Below, piece after piece: positions 1 through 8,485 of a DNA stretch of 64,000 nt. The stretch covers positions 1-64,000 of the IMG/VR virus record IMGVR_UViG_3300021371_000009; one strand, given 5' to 3'. The position numbers and the translations under genes were made by a program. The notes beneath the pieces are model-generated. The model searched no databases and was not told the DNA's origin. It worked only from the letters and a program-made list of their open reading frames with translations. The first letter of the stretch is position 1, and the number at the start of each line of letters is the position of its first letter. This DNA is from a virus.

Positions 1-1555
1 TGCTATACAGATTTGACAATGCTACACACAACTCGACTGCTTTGTTGAATTGAACAGTATTCATTTTGTCATTGAAAAGTTCTAACAATGAAACACCACT
101 AACATTCAGTTCATTCATATTAAGAGACTGAAGGTTCTCTAGATTTGTTTGTGTTCGCTTGTAGTACTCAGAAGAGAATGCATAAGCAGAGAAAGGAATC
201 TGTGCTTTTTTGCAGAACAATGCGAGACAAAGCAACTGCTCCATAGTACCTTTCATGTTATCTGACATTGAACCAGACCAGTCAAGGAAGAAAACCATAC
301 CGTGGTTCTTACCATTTGGAAGAACAGTCTTTTTCATAAAGATATCTTCATTGTACTTGTATGAGTAAAGCAGATTTGAATTGATAACACCAGTCTTGGT
401 AGTGTTTGCTCGGGCATACATATCTGCCGCTTTTTTCATTTCGAATTCTTTGTGCAGATAATTGATTACCTTTTCATTCTTCTTTTTGAATTCTTTTGCA
501 GTCTTGGTCAACAGATTTTTGACACGCTCGGTGTTACCCCAATGTTCTACAATTTCAGAATGAATTGTGGTGAATGGAACAACGACTTCATTGATATTGA
601 TAGTCTTAGGAATATCATAGTAACGAGGAATCGAATCCTCATCAGTCTCGACAAACTTTTTGGTATTCTTGTTAGATGCCATATCAGTAATTGATTTGAC
701 ACCAGGAGCAGAACCTTCAGTATCTTCTGCTTTACCATCCATATCATCTACTAAATTTGGTGCTTTAGTTTTTACTGTATCTTCGCCATCGGCATCTTCT
801 TCTGTATCAGCAGAGTTTGCTTGACCTTGCTCTTCTGCATCTTGGTCAGCATCACCTTGTACAGCATTCATACCTTGACCTTCGCCTTCATCAGCACCAT
901 CATTATCGGCGTTTTGCTCTTGCTCATCGCCTTGCTCAGATTGCATCATGTAAGGAGAAACATCAGGATTATCTTCTGAATTCTGTTGCTTTTCTTCTAA
1001 CTCTTGCTGACAATATTCGAACAACTCTTCTGATAGTTTGATAACTTCATCAAAAGTTTGAGTAGTCATAGAACGGTCAAAGAATTCTTTTTCTTTACCT
1101 GTCAACTCAATGTTGATTTGAGTACCGAGTTTTGCTTTTAGATTGATGCGGTCGATAAGAAGCAAATCAGAAATGTTCATTTCTTCTGTACCAAAGAAAT
1201 TATTCTCATGCAACTGTGTGTATGCTTGATAGAATGGTTTCTTTAGACCAGGATATTTCTTCTGAATTAGTCGCTCAATGCGGGCATCTTCTACGACATT
1301 CACAACTGAATGAAAATTCTTAGATTTGATAGGAAGGTTCTCCATGCCATCGCAAGGAGTCCATAGAGCATGGGCGACTTCATGACCAACAAACAGGTCT
1401 AGAGTTTTTGCATCTAAATCTTTCATTGTCGGAATACGCAATATGCGATTTTTAACATCGAAACTAGCAGTATCGACATTTGCATACTCGACAGTCAAGT
1501 TCTCAGTAGCAAGCAATTTTGCTAGAACAGATTTGACTTCAGTAATTTTTGTCAT
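1..1555 (-). CDS. HEXXH metallopeptidase-like / CobT-like VWA protein (partial, runs off left edge)
   Basis: Read manually: ATG at 1555 after GAAGG RBS, MTKITEVKSVLAKLLATENLTVEY..., HEVAHALWTP (HEXXH), NVVEDARIE, acidic linker, MIDAS-like FFLDWSGSM near 270-298. Absent from ORF track because it has no stop in the window. Confidence 0.8.
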   Translation of the reverse strand, partial: MTKITEVKSVLAKLLATENLTVEYANVDTASFDVKNRILRIPTMKDLDAKTLDLFVGHEVAHALWTPCDGMENLPIKSKNFHSVVNVVEDARIERLIQKKYPGLKKPFYQAYTQLHENNFFGTEEMNISDLLLIDRINLKAKLGTQINIELTGKEKEFFDRSMTTQTFDEVIKLSEELFEYCQQELEEKQQNSEDNPDVSPYMMQSEQGDEQEQNADNDGADEGEGQGMNAVQGDADQDAEEQGQANSADTEEDADGEDTVKTKAPNLVDDMDGKAEDTEGSAPGVKSITDMASNKNTKKFVETDEDSIPRYYDIPKTININEVVVPFTTIHSEIVEHWGNTERVKNLLTKTAKEFKKKNEKVINYLHKEFEMKKAADMYARANTTKTGVINSNLLYSYKYNEDIFMKKTVLPNGKNHGMVFFLDWSGSMSDNMKGTMEQLLCLALFCKKAQIPFSAYAFSSEYYKRTQTNLENLQSLNMNELNVSGVSLLELFNDKMNTVQFNKAVELCVALSNLYS

Positions 1556-1587
1556 GAACACACCTTCTTTTCTCATCATCTATATAC

Positions 1588-1617
1588 ATAATAACATACG
1601 TTATCATATTTTGTCAA
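1588..1617 (-). promoter_or_regulatory. sigma70-type early promoter
   Basis: TTGACA (1617-1612), 18 nt spacer, TGn-TATTAT (1593-1588), upstream of the HEXXH/VWA gene. Confidence 0.7.
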
Positions 1618-1751
1618 GCGAAAATCGCACTGATTATGGCAATAATGACAAAAAAACTAAAATAAAATGCCATTAGACCAATTCCAATCAGAACAATCCA
1701 CCAGATAATTCTAAAAGGAAGTGTCAAACCAAACCAAATCGCACTAAACAT
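1614..1751 (-). CDS. 45-aa hydrophobic membrane protein (not in ORF track)
   Basis: MFSAIWFGLTLPFRIIWWIVLIGIGLMAFYFSFFVIIAIISAIFA*, GAGAGG RBS and its own promoter upstream. Confidence 0.65.
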   Translation of the reverse strand: MFSAIWFGLTLPFRIIWWIVLIGIGLMAFYFSFFVIIAIISAIFA

Positions 1752-1776
1752 TTATACCTCTCTCATTTCTAGGTAT

Positions 1777-1805
1777 ACAATACCACAGGTAGATTAGTTT
1801 GTCAA
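1777..1805 (-). promoter_or_regulatory. sigma70-type early promoter
   Basis: TTGACA (1805-1800), 17 nt spacer, TGn-TATTGT (1782-1777); shares CGCTTGACAAA with the promoter at 1588-1617. Confidence 0.7.
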
Positions 1806-1828
1806 GCGTTTTTTCATGAATATTTGTA

Positions 1829-2500
1829 TCATCTCTTCATAATAGTTACATAGTATCTGAAATCATCATAACGAGATATTTTTGATGAAACTGTAGCGTA
1901 AGGTATTGATGATGAACCATCTGCAAAATTTTCAAACTTTCTAATACCACCTGCAACATGTGCAGTTATATCTGCATTATATAATTTCTTTAGACCATGT
2001 ACTCCCTGTAAAATTTCAATGTAATTATTATATTCATTTTCGTCTGTTGAGTTTTGAATTATACACAAGATACCATCATCTGCTAATGCTTGCGATAGTC
2101 TAAGCAACAAAGCACTCTTATTATCATACTGGTCAAATGCATCAATAGAGAAAATTAGATTTGCATCTCTCCGCTTAGACAATATAAAGTCTTTGTAAAA
2201 AGAGATACCAGAATGTCTAATCTTACATGCTTCAAGCATGTTTTGGTCATTATTATATCCAATACACTTTTTAAAATTATATTCGCCTTTCAGACATGCT
2301 AGACCGTATCCAAGACCACAGTTAATATCCATCGCTGTGATTTCAGTATGATTTTGCAGATAGTCTTTGATGAAGTAACGATATGTTTGATATGCATATT
2401 TTTCAATGCCACACAACTCATCATAATCTTTTTGACCCCAATCTTCGAATTCGACTGGTACGTTACTAAAGATGTTTTTTGAATACGAATATCGGTTCAT
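1829..2500 (-). CDS. class I SAM-dependent methyltransferase-like protein
   Basis: Motif I-like MDINCGLGYG, LIFSIDAF and LADDGILCI (L-x-P-G-G-like) segments. Confidence 0.7.
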   Translation of the reverse strand: MNRYSYSKNIFSNVPVEFEDWGQKDYDELCGIEKYAYQTYRYFIKDYLQNHTEITAMDINCGLGYGLACLKGEYNFKKCIGYNNDQNMLEACKIRHSGISFYKDFILSKRRDANLIFSIDAFDQYDNKSALLLRLSQALADDGILCIIQNSTDENEYNNYIEILQGVHGLKKLYNADITAHVAGGIRKFENFADGSSSIPYATVSSKISRYDDFRYYVTIMKR

Positions 2501-4025
2501 ACTTTAACCAGATGCCGTTGACTTTACAAAAGTTTTTCGCCCGCGGTTTACCTGTCTCCTCATCAACTCTATTACCACCTGGCATCTGTGCTAGTGCCAT
2601 CTTTAATGTGGTCACATACTCAAATCCAAGTTCTTCACAGATACGAATACTATCACCTTCTAAAGGTAGCATCTCATTACCGAACTTTGCATCTGCAATA
2701 TTCCAGAGTAAGTATCTGTCGTTCTTTAAGTATTTATATGCGTTAGTAAGTGTAGGTCTAAGAAACCCTTCTACCCACGCTTCATACTGGTCGAACTTCT
2801 TGTACGATTGTTCTTCGTCCTCGCTATACGCCTCTTTCGCAAAATAAGGCGGCGAGGTGAAGACCATATCGATACTCTCTTCTTCACATTCAAAGACTTC
2901 TGACCCACATTGGTGAATTTCGTATGTGTTTGTATGTGGGAATAGACCTGTTGCTCTGTAAGTTTTCTCATTGAAAAACCTTGCAAGTTCAGCATACTTT
3001 GTGCTTTTGGTACCGTCTTCTGTAATGACAGTATGGTCGGTATTAGGGTCAGTCCCAATATAGTGTATATTGCGGTCATCAGAGACAGACATAGCACCAA
3101 GAATACGACCGCCCCAACCAGCAGAGGGATCCCAAATACGAATAGTAGACTGGTCTTTAAAATGCTCAGTATATTTTTCATAGAGATATTTAGCAGTAAG
3201 AGGCGGAAAGTTTACTGCGTATTGACACCAAGAGATACGAAAAGGTTTGAACCCCAAAGGAAAGATTTTTTGACCTTTCTTGAACAGCATAATCTGATAA
3301 ACATCATATTCGTCTTTCATATTGACTTTGCATTTGTCAGGTATGTCTAGTTGTTCAATTTCTTCTCTAGTAACTTGCGCCCACGCGACATCTCTTAGTT
3401 TGTCATCATAACCCGTATAGTCTTGTTCTTTGTCTGGTTTCAACCAATAATCATGTGTGTCATATTGACGACCATTACGCTCAAACCAATCAATAAAAGA
3501 CCTGCCGCTAGAAACTGTGTGCCGTAAGGTCCCAAATTCAACCAACCCTTCTTGCTTAATAGGATTGCTATAATGATAGAAAGAATCCCGCTTAAAGTGA
3601 CGATGCCCATATGTATATACTTTCTGAAATAAATCTTCATCTACGAAATGGTCATAGATAGATTTTGCTTTGCTGATATCGTTGTAAACAATCTTTGTTT
3701 TCATCATTGTAGGAAACCACTGATTAGCGGCATTACCTATAACTGATGTATTACGAATAACATCTCGCTCACCTGTCTCTTCGTTAAAGCATTCAAACTC
3801 ATGAACAGGAAAACTAGACATCTTATTGAACTGGTCAATAATATCAGTTTCACTCCAACCAACTCTTGGAGGCAGACCTAGTTCATCCCATGAGTATACT
3901 ACTTCTTTTCGCATATCATGCAACCATTGACGAAATTCATCGTCTGTCATCCATAGAACTTCTTCGAATGTCTTGTTTACTTCATGTTCTAGTAGATAAC
4001 TATTTCTTTCATAAAAATGCTTCAT
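2466..4025 (-). CDS. DNA amino-methyltransferase (N4-C/N6-A type)
   Basis: WDPSAGWGGR (motif I), YIGTDPN, catalytic FTSPPYF (motif IV), long N-terminal region. Confidence 0.8.
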   Translation of the reverse strand: MKHFYERNSYLLEHEVNKTFEEVLWMTDDEFRQWLHDMRKEVVYSWDELGLPPRVGWSETDIIDQFNKMSSFPVHEFECFNEETGERDVIRNTSVIGNAANQWFPTMMKTKIVYNDISKAKSIYDHFVDEDLFQKVYTYGHRHFKRDSFYHYSNPIKQEGLVEFGTLRHTVSSGRSFIDWFERNGRQYDTHDYWLKPDKEQDYTGYDDKLRDVAWAQVTREEIEQLDIPDKCKVNMKDEYDVYQIMLFKKGQKIFPLGFKPFRISWCQYAVNFPPLTAKYLYEKYTEHFKDQSTIRIWDPSAGWGGRILGAMSVSDDRNIHYIGTDPNTDHTVITEDGTKSTKYAELARFFNEKTYRATGLFPHTNTYEIHQCGSEVFECEEESIDMVFTSPPYFAKEAYSEDEEQSYKKFDQYEAWVEGFLRPTLTNAYKYLKNDRYLLWNIADAKFGNEMLPLEGDSIRICEELGFEYVTTLKMALAQMPGGNRVDEETGKPRAKNFCKVNGIWLKYEPIFVFKKHL

Positions 4026-4249
4026 TCAATAATCTCAACATCACTTTCTGTTTCTATCACTACTCTTGCGCCGCAAGATAGAATAGGTTTTTCATTACCA
4101 CCATAACGAACTACACTGTCACCTAGTATCTTAACTGCATGACAATATGTATTTGAGCGACCTTTTTTAACAGTGATAACAGGTTCGTTTGTACCATGCT
4201 TTTTGTTCGCTCTAATCTTATGTTGGTTTACATGTATATAGGTTTTCAT
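4022..4249 (-). CDS. hypothetical phage protein
   Basis: 75-aa ORF with RBS, ATGA overlap with the downstream methyltransferase. Confidence 0.7.
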   Translation of the reverse strand: MKTYIHVNQHKIRANKKHGTNEPVITVKKGRSNTYCHAVKILGDSVVRYGGNEKPILSCGARVVIETESDVEIIE

Positions 4250-4259
4250 ATTACTCTCA

Positions 4260-4832
4260 TTATAGCATCATTGGACTGGTTTTGTCAAACACTAAATCAA
4301 AACTTTTCCATGTTAATGTCATTCGACAATTAGTTTTTACCGAGGTAGATAATCCTCGATGCGGCATTAAAGAACTAAATATCACAACTCTACCTGGAAC
4401 AAAATCAACTACACCCATTTGAGTTTCAAATCCTCTTATTCCTTCGTGTAAATAATTTACCATGTACAAAATGGTAAAGTTCTCTTGTAAATTTTTTGTT
4501 CGATGTAAACTATCAATGTGCATAGAACCGTCTAATTCATATGTTTGTCCATTGATATAAACATGTTGTTTATCTAAGTCCTTTTCTTTAACTTCAAACT
4601 TATAGTATTCTTTGATTTTATTAAAGATAAACTTTTGGTCAGGACAATCTAATATATGTGTATAATCATTCAGTCTTTTACTGCACCAAAATATTGCATC
4701 ATCTGGATTGTTTGATACATTACCATAATAAAATAAATTATCATGATATTTTGTTGCTACTCTTGCTACAAACTCATCATCAAACAAATTATCGACATAA
4801 TCTAATCTCTTTATCATGCCGCCACGTTCCAA
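4260..4832 (-). CDS. 2OG-Fe(II) oxygenase
   Basis: YINGQ...MHID (HxD), FVPGRVVIF...PHRG...R.TLTWK; true start may be MIKRLD at about 4814. Confidence 0.8.
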   Translation of the reverse strand: MERGGMIKRLDYVDNLFDDEFVARVATKYHDNLFYYGNVSNNPDDAIFWCSKRLNDYTHILDCPDQKFIFNKIKEYYKFEVKEKDLDKQHVYINGQTYELDGSMHIDSLHRTKNLQENFTILYMVNYLHEGIRGFETQMGVVDFVPGRVVIFSSLMPHRGLSTSVKTNCRMTLTWKSFDLVFDKTSPMML

Positions 4833-5581
4833 AACAAATTAAGTTTATTTCTATCCATATTTTCTTGTATCACTTTCCATGCTTTTGCATCATATTCAGG
4901 AGCAGACGGAAATGGTGGTGCTTCTGATTGCTTCACTGGTTTGTCATATTTATATGCAGTTTCATGTAAGATAGCACGACCAATCTGACGGTCATCCATC
5001 TTATGACCCGTCTGTATCACATGAACTTCGGACTCTGGGAATGCAAGTTGCAACCCTCGGTTTATCGTTCCTGATGACCCTACTGTCCAGATTACTTCTG
5101 GCGCTACATCTAGCGACTGCGCTACTTTCACTATACTTCCTAGCACCCAATCGTGTTCTAGTCCTAAGGGCAATGTCCTGCGGGTTTGAGGACTCTCTCT
5201 GCGGTATCGCTCTGCTCTTGACAGAGTGACATTTAGCATTCCCATCTTCACCCATTCAATACGACCTCCATACTCCATGTATTTCTGTTGATGCCATGTT
5301 GGTTCTTTTCTATCTGCCCAAAAGCAAGTTGCTTTTTTTCCATACTTCTGACAAACATATGCTAGTGAGATTGGACCCCAACCTACTTTGTTTGAACCAC
5401 CGAACACCCACTCTTCGCAATCGGTATCCCGTATGAGTTTGTCGATGAACCGCACTTTTGAACCTGCAGGTAGTAGGTCATCCCGAACCACGATAACATC
5501 ATCATGATTGCAAAGAACAGGCGCATCGTAAGGGTCTTCCCAATCACTCACTAACTCTAAATAATCTTCTGCATTTATCAT
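4814..5581 (-). CDS. fold-type II PLP-dependent enzyme (ACC deaminase / D-cysteine desulfhydrase-like)
   Basis: VRDDLLPAGSKVR with PLP lysine, GSSGT phosphate loop, YDAKAW. Confidence 0.8.
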   Translation of the reverse strand: MINAEDYLELVSDWEDPYDAPVLCNHDDVIVVRDDLLPAGSKVRFIDKLIRDTDCEEWVFGGSNKVGWGPISLAYVCQKYGKKATCFWADRKEPTWHQQKYMEYGGRIEWVKMGMLNVTLSRAERYRRESPQTRRTLPLGLEHDWVLGSIVKVAQSLDVAPEVIWTVGSSGTINRGLQLAFPESEVHVIQTGHKMDDRQIGRAILHETAYKYDKPVKQSEAPPFPSAPEYDAKAWKVIQENMDRNKLNLFWNVAA

Positions 5582-6686
5582 TTGCTTCTATATCCACCAC
5601 TAAATGTATTCTTGTTTCATCACCATTGTTAATCGCCATATGTGGTTTGCGAATATCTAGATACCACAACTCACCTTCTTTCATATTAACAACATGCTTC
5701 TGCCCATGCATATCCCATGAAGTAAATTCCATATTTGGATTTGTAATCACTGGAATATGTAGTCTCATAATCTTACCATCTGCAACACCAAGATAAGGGT
5801 CAACTTGGTCTGTGTGTCTTTGCAGTTCACCACCACCTGGAGCGAGTGACATAAATCTTATTCGCTCAATATTGTCAGTAGGTATCTTTGAGAGTATCTC
5901 ATTGACATACGGAAACTGCTCACGCAAAGGTGTGTCTTCACACTCCCACTCTTCCCATGTGTCGTTTTCTGCTTTCCATTTCTTGCTCATCTCAACAGGT
6001 TTTGCAATAAATGATGCATCTGGTCTATATCCTCTCAGCGATATTGCTGACCAAGCACCTTTTTTATTGTAATTTGAGTAATGATTAGTATACTCAAGTG
6101 TCAATTTTTCTAGTTCGGTGCGTATAATCGATGTTTCGATAGTGTCAAACATGCATTTACTTATAGAAACCGTCTCAGCGCCGTCTATAGGCGGATGAGA
6201 GCGATCCTCGAATGAAGTGCTAGAATTACGAAAGAATACGCTATATATCTCTGCAAACGTAGTTATTTTGCTACCAACATAGTCGAATCCTGCTTCTTTA
6301 GCAAACTCAACTGCTTTTGCATCTTCTGACCACACAAACAACCAACAGTTTCTATCTGAATAGTGATTGATGTAGTTCTTTACGTTTTCTGTATATGCAG
6401 ATATATTTTGAATTACAACATCACCTGGTTCTTTATAACCAATAATAGTCTCACCGTGCATTGTAATCTTTGACTTAACTTTTGCTTCCGTGATATTAAT
6501 CCATGCATCACCCGCTTTGCGTAGAGAACCTTTGTCTAAGAAGTCTGCTACATTATTCTTTTTAAACTGTGCAAAAGGACTATCAGTGTATGAATTATAA
6601 TGGTCATACTCTGCAGTAATTTCTTTTAGGTAATCTAACTGATAACCTTTCTGCCAATCTTTCATTTCTACTTCTGTTTGTGTCAT
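5544..6686 (-). CDS. GNAT-like domain fused to Asp/Asn beta-hydroxylase-like 2OG-Fe(II) cupin
   Basis: N-terminal WLFVWSEDAKAVEFAKEAGFDYVG (GNAT C-terminal motif); C-terminal RFMSLAPGGGELQRHTD, RLHIPVITNP, KPHMAINNGDETRIHLVVD. Confidence 0.75.
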   Translation of the reverse strand: MTQTEVEMKDWQKGYQLDYLKEITAEYDHYNSYTDSPFAQFKKNNVADFLDKGSLRKAGDAWINITEAKVKSKITMHGETIIGYKEPGDVVIQNISAYTENVKNYINHYSDRNCWLFVWSEDAKAVEFAKEAGFDYVGSKITTFAEIYSVFFRNSSTSFEDRSHPPIDGAETVSISKCMFDTIETSIIRTELEKLTLEYTNHYSNYNKKGAWSAISLRGYRPDASFIAKPVEMSKKWKAENDTWEEWECEDTPLREQFPYVNEILSKIPTDNIERIRFMSLAPGGGELQRHTDQVDPYLGVADGKIMRLHIPVITNPNMEFTSWDMHGQKHVVNMKEGELWYLDIRKPHMAINNGDETRIHLVVDIEANDKCRRLFRVSE

Positions 6687-7279
6687 ATGTCTGACCTTTC
6701 TTCTACACTATTAAATAAATTTTCTTCAATGGCAAAACTAACTGAACATCTTGGTCCAGAAATAATAGGGCAATGTCTCCACCCTTTTGGAATAAATATC
6801 ATGTCATTAGGTTCTAGTATAAACTCCTCTATTACATCATCTTCTTCAGGTCCTTGCTGAACCTTCCAAGGTGTATTACCTTGAATTTGCCATATGTATG
6901 TATTCATATCATCCATATGAAAATTAAGTCCATCACTTTCAGAAACAAAAGAAGCAAATAAGTGACAATTAACTCTACTAGTAGTTCTATTGATAATATG
7001 TTTCTCTTCAATAATTTTTCTTACATATGTAACCTGAGGTATCAACTCGGCGTTGTGAGTAGCAAAAGAAGGAAATATATTAGTATCATTATCAATTTCA
7101 ATTTGATTTTGAGATACTAATCTAATTGCTCTTCCAGACTTAGGAAAACCGGTGCGCCATTCTTCAGAGTTTCTATAATCAACTGATGCTTGAAAGTTAT
7201 GTACTATGTCAGACCATTCAAATCTTTCAAAAGGCATAACTCCTATTTCACCAGGTCTAGGTAAATCAACCCACCGCAT
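6683..7279 (-). CDS. JmjC/cupin-4 oxygenase (YcfD/RoxA-like)
   Basis: GLNFHMDDMNTYIWQIQGNTPWKV and LEPNDMIFIPKGWRH. Confidence 0.8.
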   Translation of the reverse strand: MRWVDLPRPGEIGVMPFERFEWSDIVHNFQASVDYRNSEEWRTGFPKSGRAIRLVSQNQIEIDNDTNIFPSFATHNAELIPQVTYVRKIIEEKHIINRTTSRVNCHLFASFVSESDGLNFHMDDMNTYIWQIQGNTPWKVQQGPEEDDVIEEFILEPNDMIFIPKGWRHCPIISGPRCSVSFAIEENLFNSVEERSDI

Positions 7280-7799
7280 CTAATTTTAACTTTCCATCTT
7301 TTACTAACTTTTTAATTTTCTTATCTCTTGCTTTGACACCTCTATCAAGCACCAACTTTGATGCTCTCTGTGTGAAATCGATGCCGAGCATATGATCCAT
7401 TTCATGTAAGAATATTCGTGCAGTCATACCTTCATATTTAAACTTCTGGTTATTACCTTTTTCATCATAATATGATACTACACAGAAAACAGGTCTACGA
7501 ATTGATAAAAACAATCCAGGCCATGTCAAACAACCTTCTTTCATTGCTTTCAGTTCAGATGACATTGTAAGTACTTGAGGGTTAAAAACATTCAAACGAA
7601 AATCATCTTGACCCATGACAAAAACTTTAGTGTTAAAACCCACTTGAGTTGCAGATAATCCTACGCCTTTATAGTGTAGCATATTATCCCACAACTGGTC
7701 AGCAAGTTCAATTGGATTCATAAATGGATTCTCAAAATCAAACTCTTCTGGTTTGTATCTTGCTTCACTTGGAGGCGTTAAATCTAAAATTTTACTCAT
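7266..7799 (-). CDS. def: peptide deformylase
   Basis: GVGLSATQVG, EGCLT and HEMDH motifs. Confidence 0.93.
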   Translation of the reverse strand: MSKILDLTPPSEARYKPEEFDFENPFMNPIELADQLWDNMLHYKGVGLSATQVGFNTKVFVMGQDDFRLNVFNPQVLTMSSELKAMKEGCLTWPGLFLSIRRPVFCVVSYYDEKGNNQKFKYEGMTARIFLHEMDHMLGIDFTQRASKLVLDRGVKARDKKIKKLVKDGKLKLDAVG

Positions 7800-8076
7800 C
7801 GTCTACCAACTCATAATCGATATCATAACCACCCTTACGGTCAGTCCACAAATCTTCTTGACTGTCAAGAACATCTGCCCACCCCATAAGAATTTCATTA
7901 TATTGGTCGCACTCTTCATCAGTATGGTCTTCACCATTCATAATTTCTTTAAAGCGTTCTACTGTCAAACCTTGTTCGATGATATGTTCTTCACTCACAC
8001 ACATGTCTTTAGTGATTGTCATCTGATGATATTCTGTTTGTGTAAATCTAACTTCACTCATTATCTTCTCCTTCAA
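7792..8076 (-). CDS. hypothetical acidic protein
   Basis: ORF overlapping both neighbours; start may be MSEVRF at about 8061. Confidence 0.65.
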   Translation of the reverse strand: MKEKIMSEVRFTQTEYHQMTITKDMCVSEEHIIEQGLTVERFKEIMNGEDHTDEECDQYNEILMGWADVLDSQEDLWTDRKGGYDIDYELVDDE

Positions 8077-8485
8077 TAATAATATTTAGGCCTGTGTTAA
8101 TAAAGGTTTCACAATCTTGTTCTTCCCAACCTAATTCAATGACAGCATCAAAACCGTCTTCGTCCCATGCTGTTTCGAACTCTTCAAGCATTTCTGCGGT
8201 AACATCTTTTGAACCTTCAAAGTCTAACCACACACCATCGTCAAGATAGTCCATCTCAAGACCTTCATAGATGTCAGGTTCACATACGCCATTATCGCTG
8301 TCTTCTCTAAGTTCTTGTAATTGTTCTTCAGTTACTTCACCTACCCATTTACCCCATCGCCAACCTTGGTCCATGGTGATCCAGTATTTGTGTTCACCCT
8401 CTTCTTTATAAAAAGTAGTCAATTCACTAATTGATTTTTTATGGTCCGGTTCTACGCTAATTTTATACTTCTTATCTTCGCTCAT
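8054..8485 (-). CDS. hypothetical acidic protein
   Basis: 143-aa ORF translationally coupled to gp46. Confidence 0.7.
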   Translation of the reverse strand: MSEDKKYKISVEPDHKKSISELTTFYKEEGEHKYWITMDQGWRWGKWVGEVTEEQLQELREDSDNGVCEPDIYEGLEMDYLDDGVWLDFEGSKDVTAEMLEEFETAWDEDGFDAVIELGWEEQDCETFINTGLNIIIEGEDNE

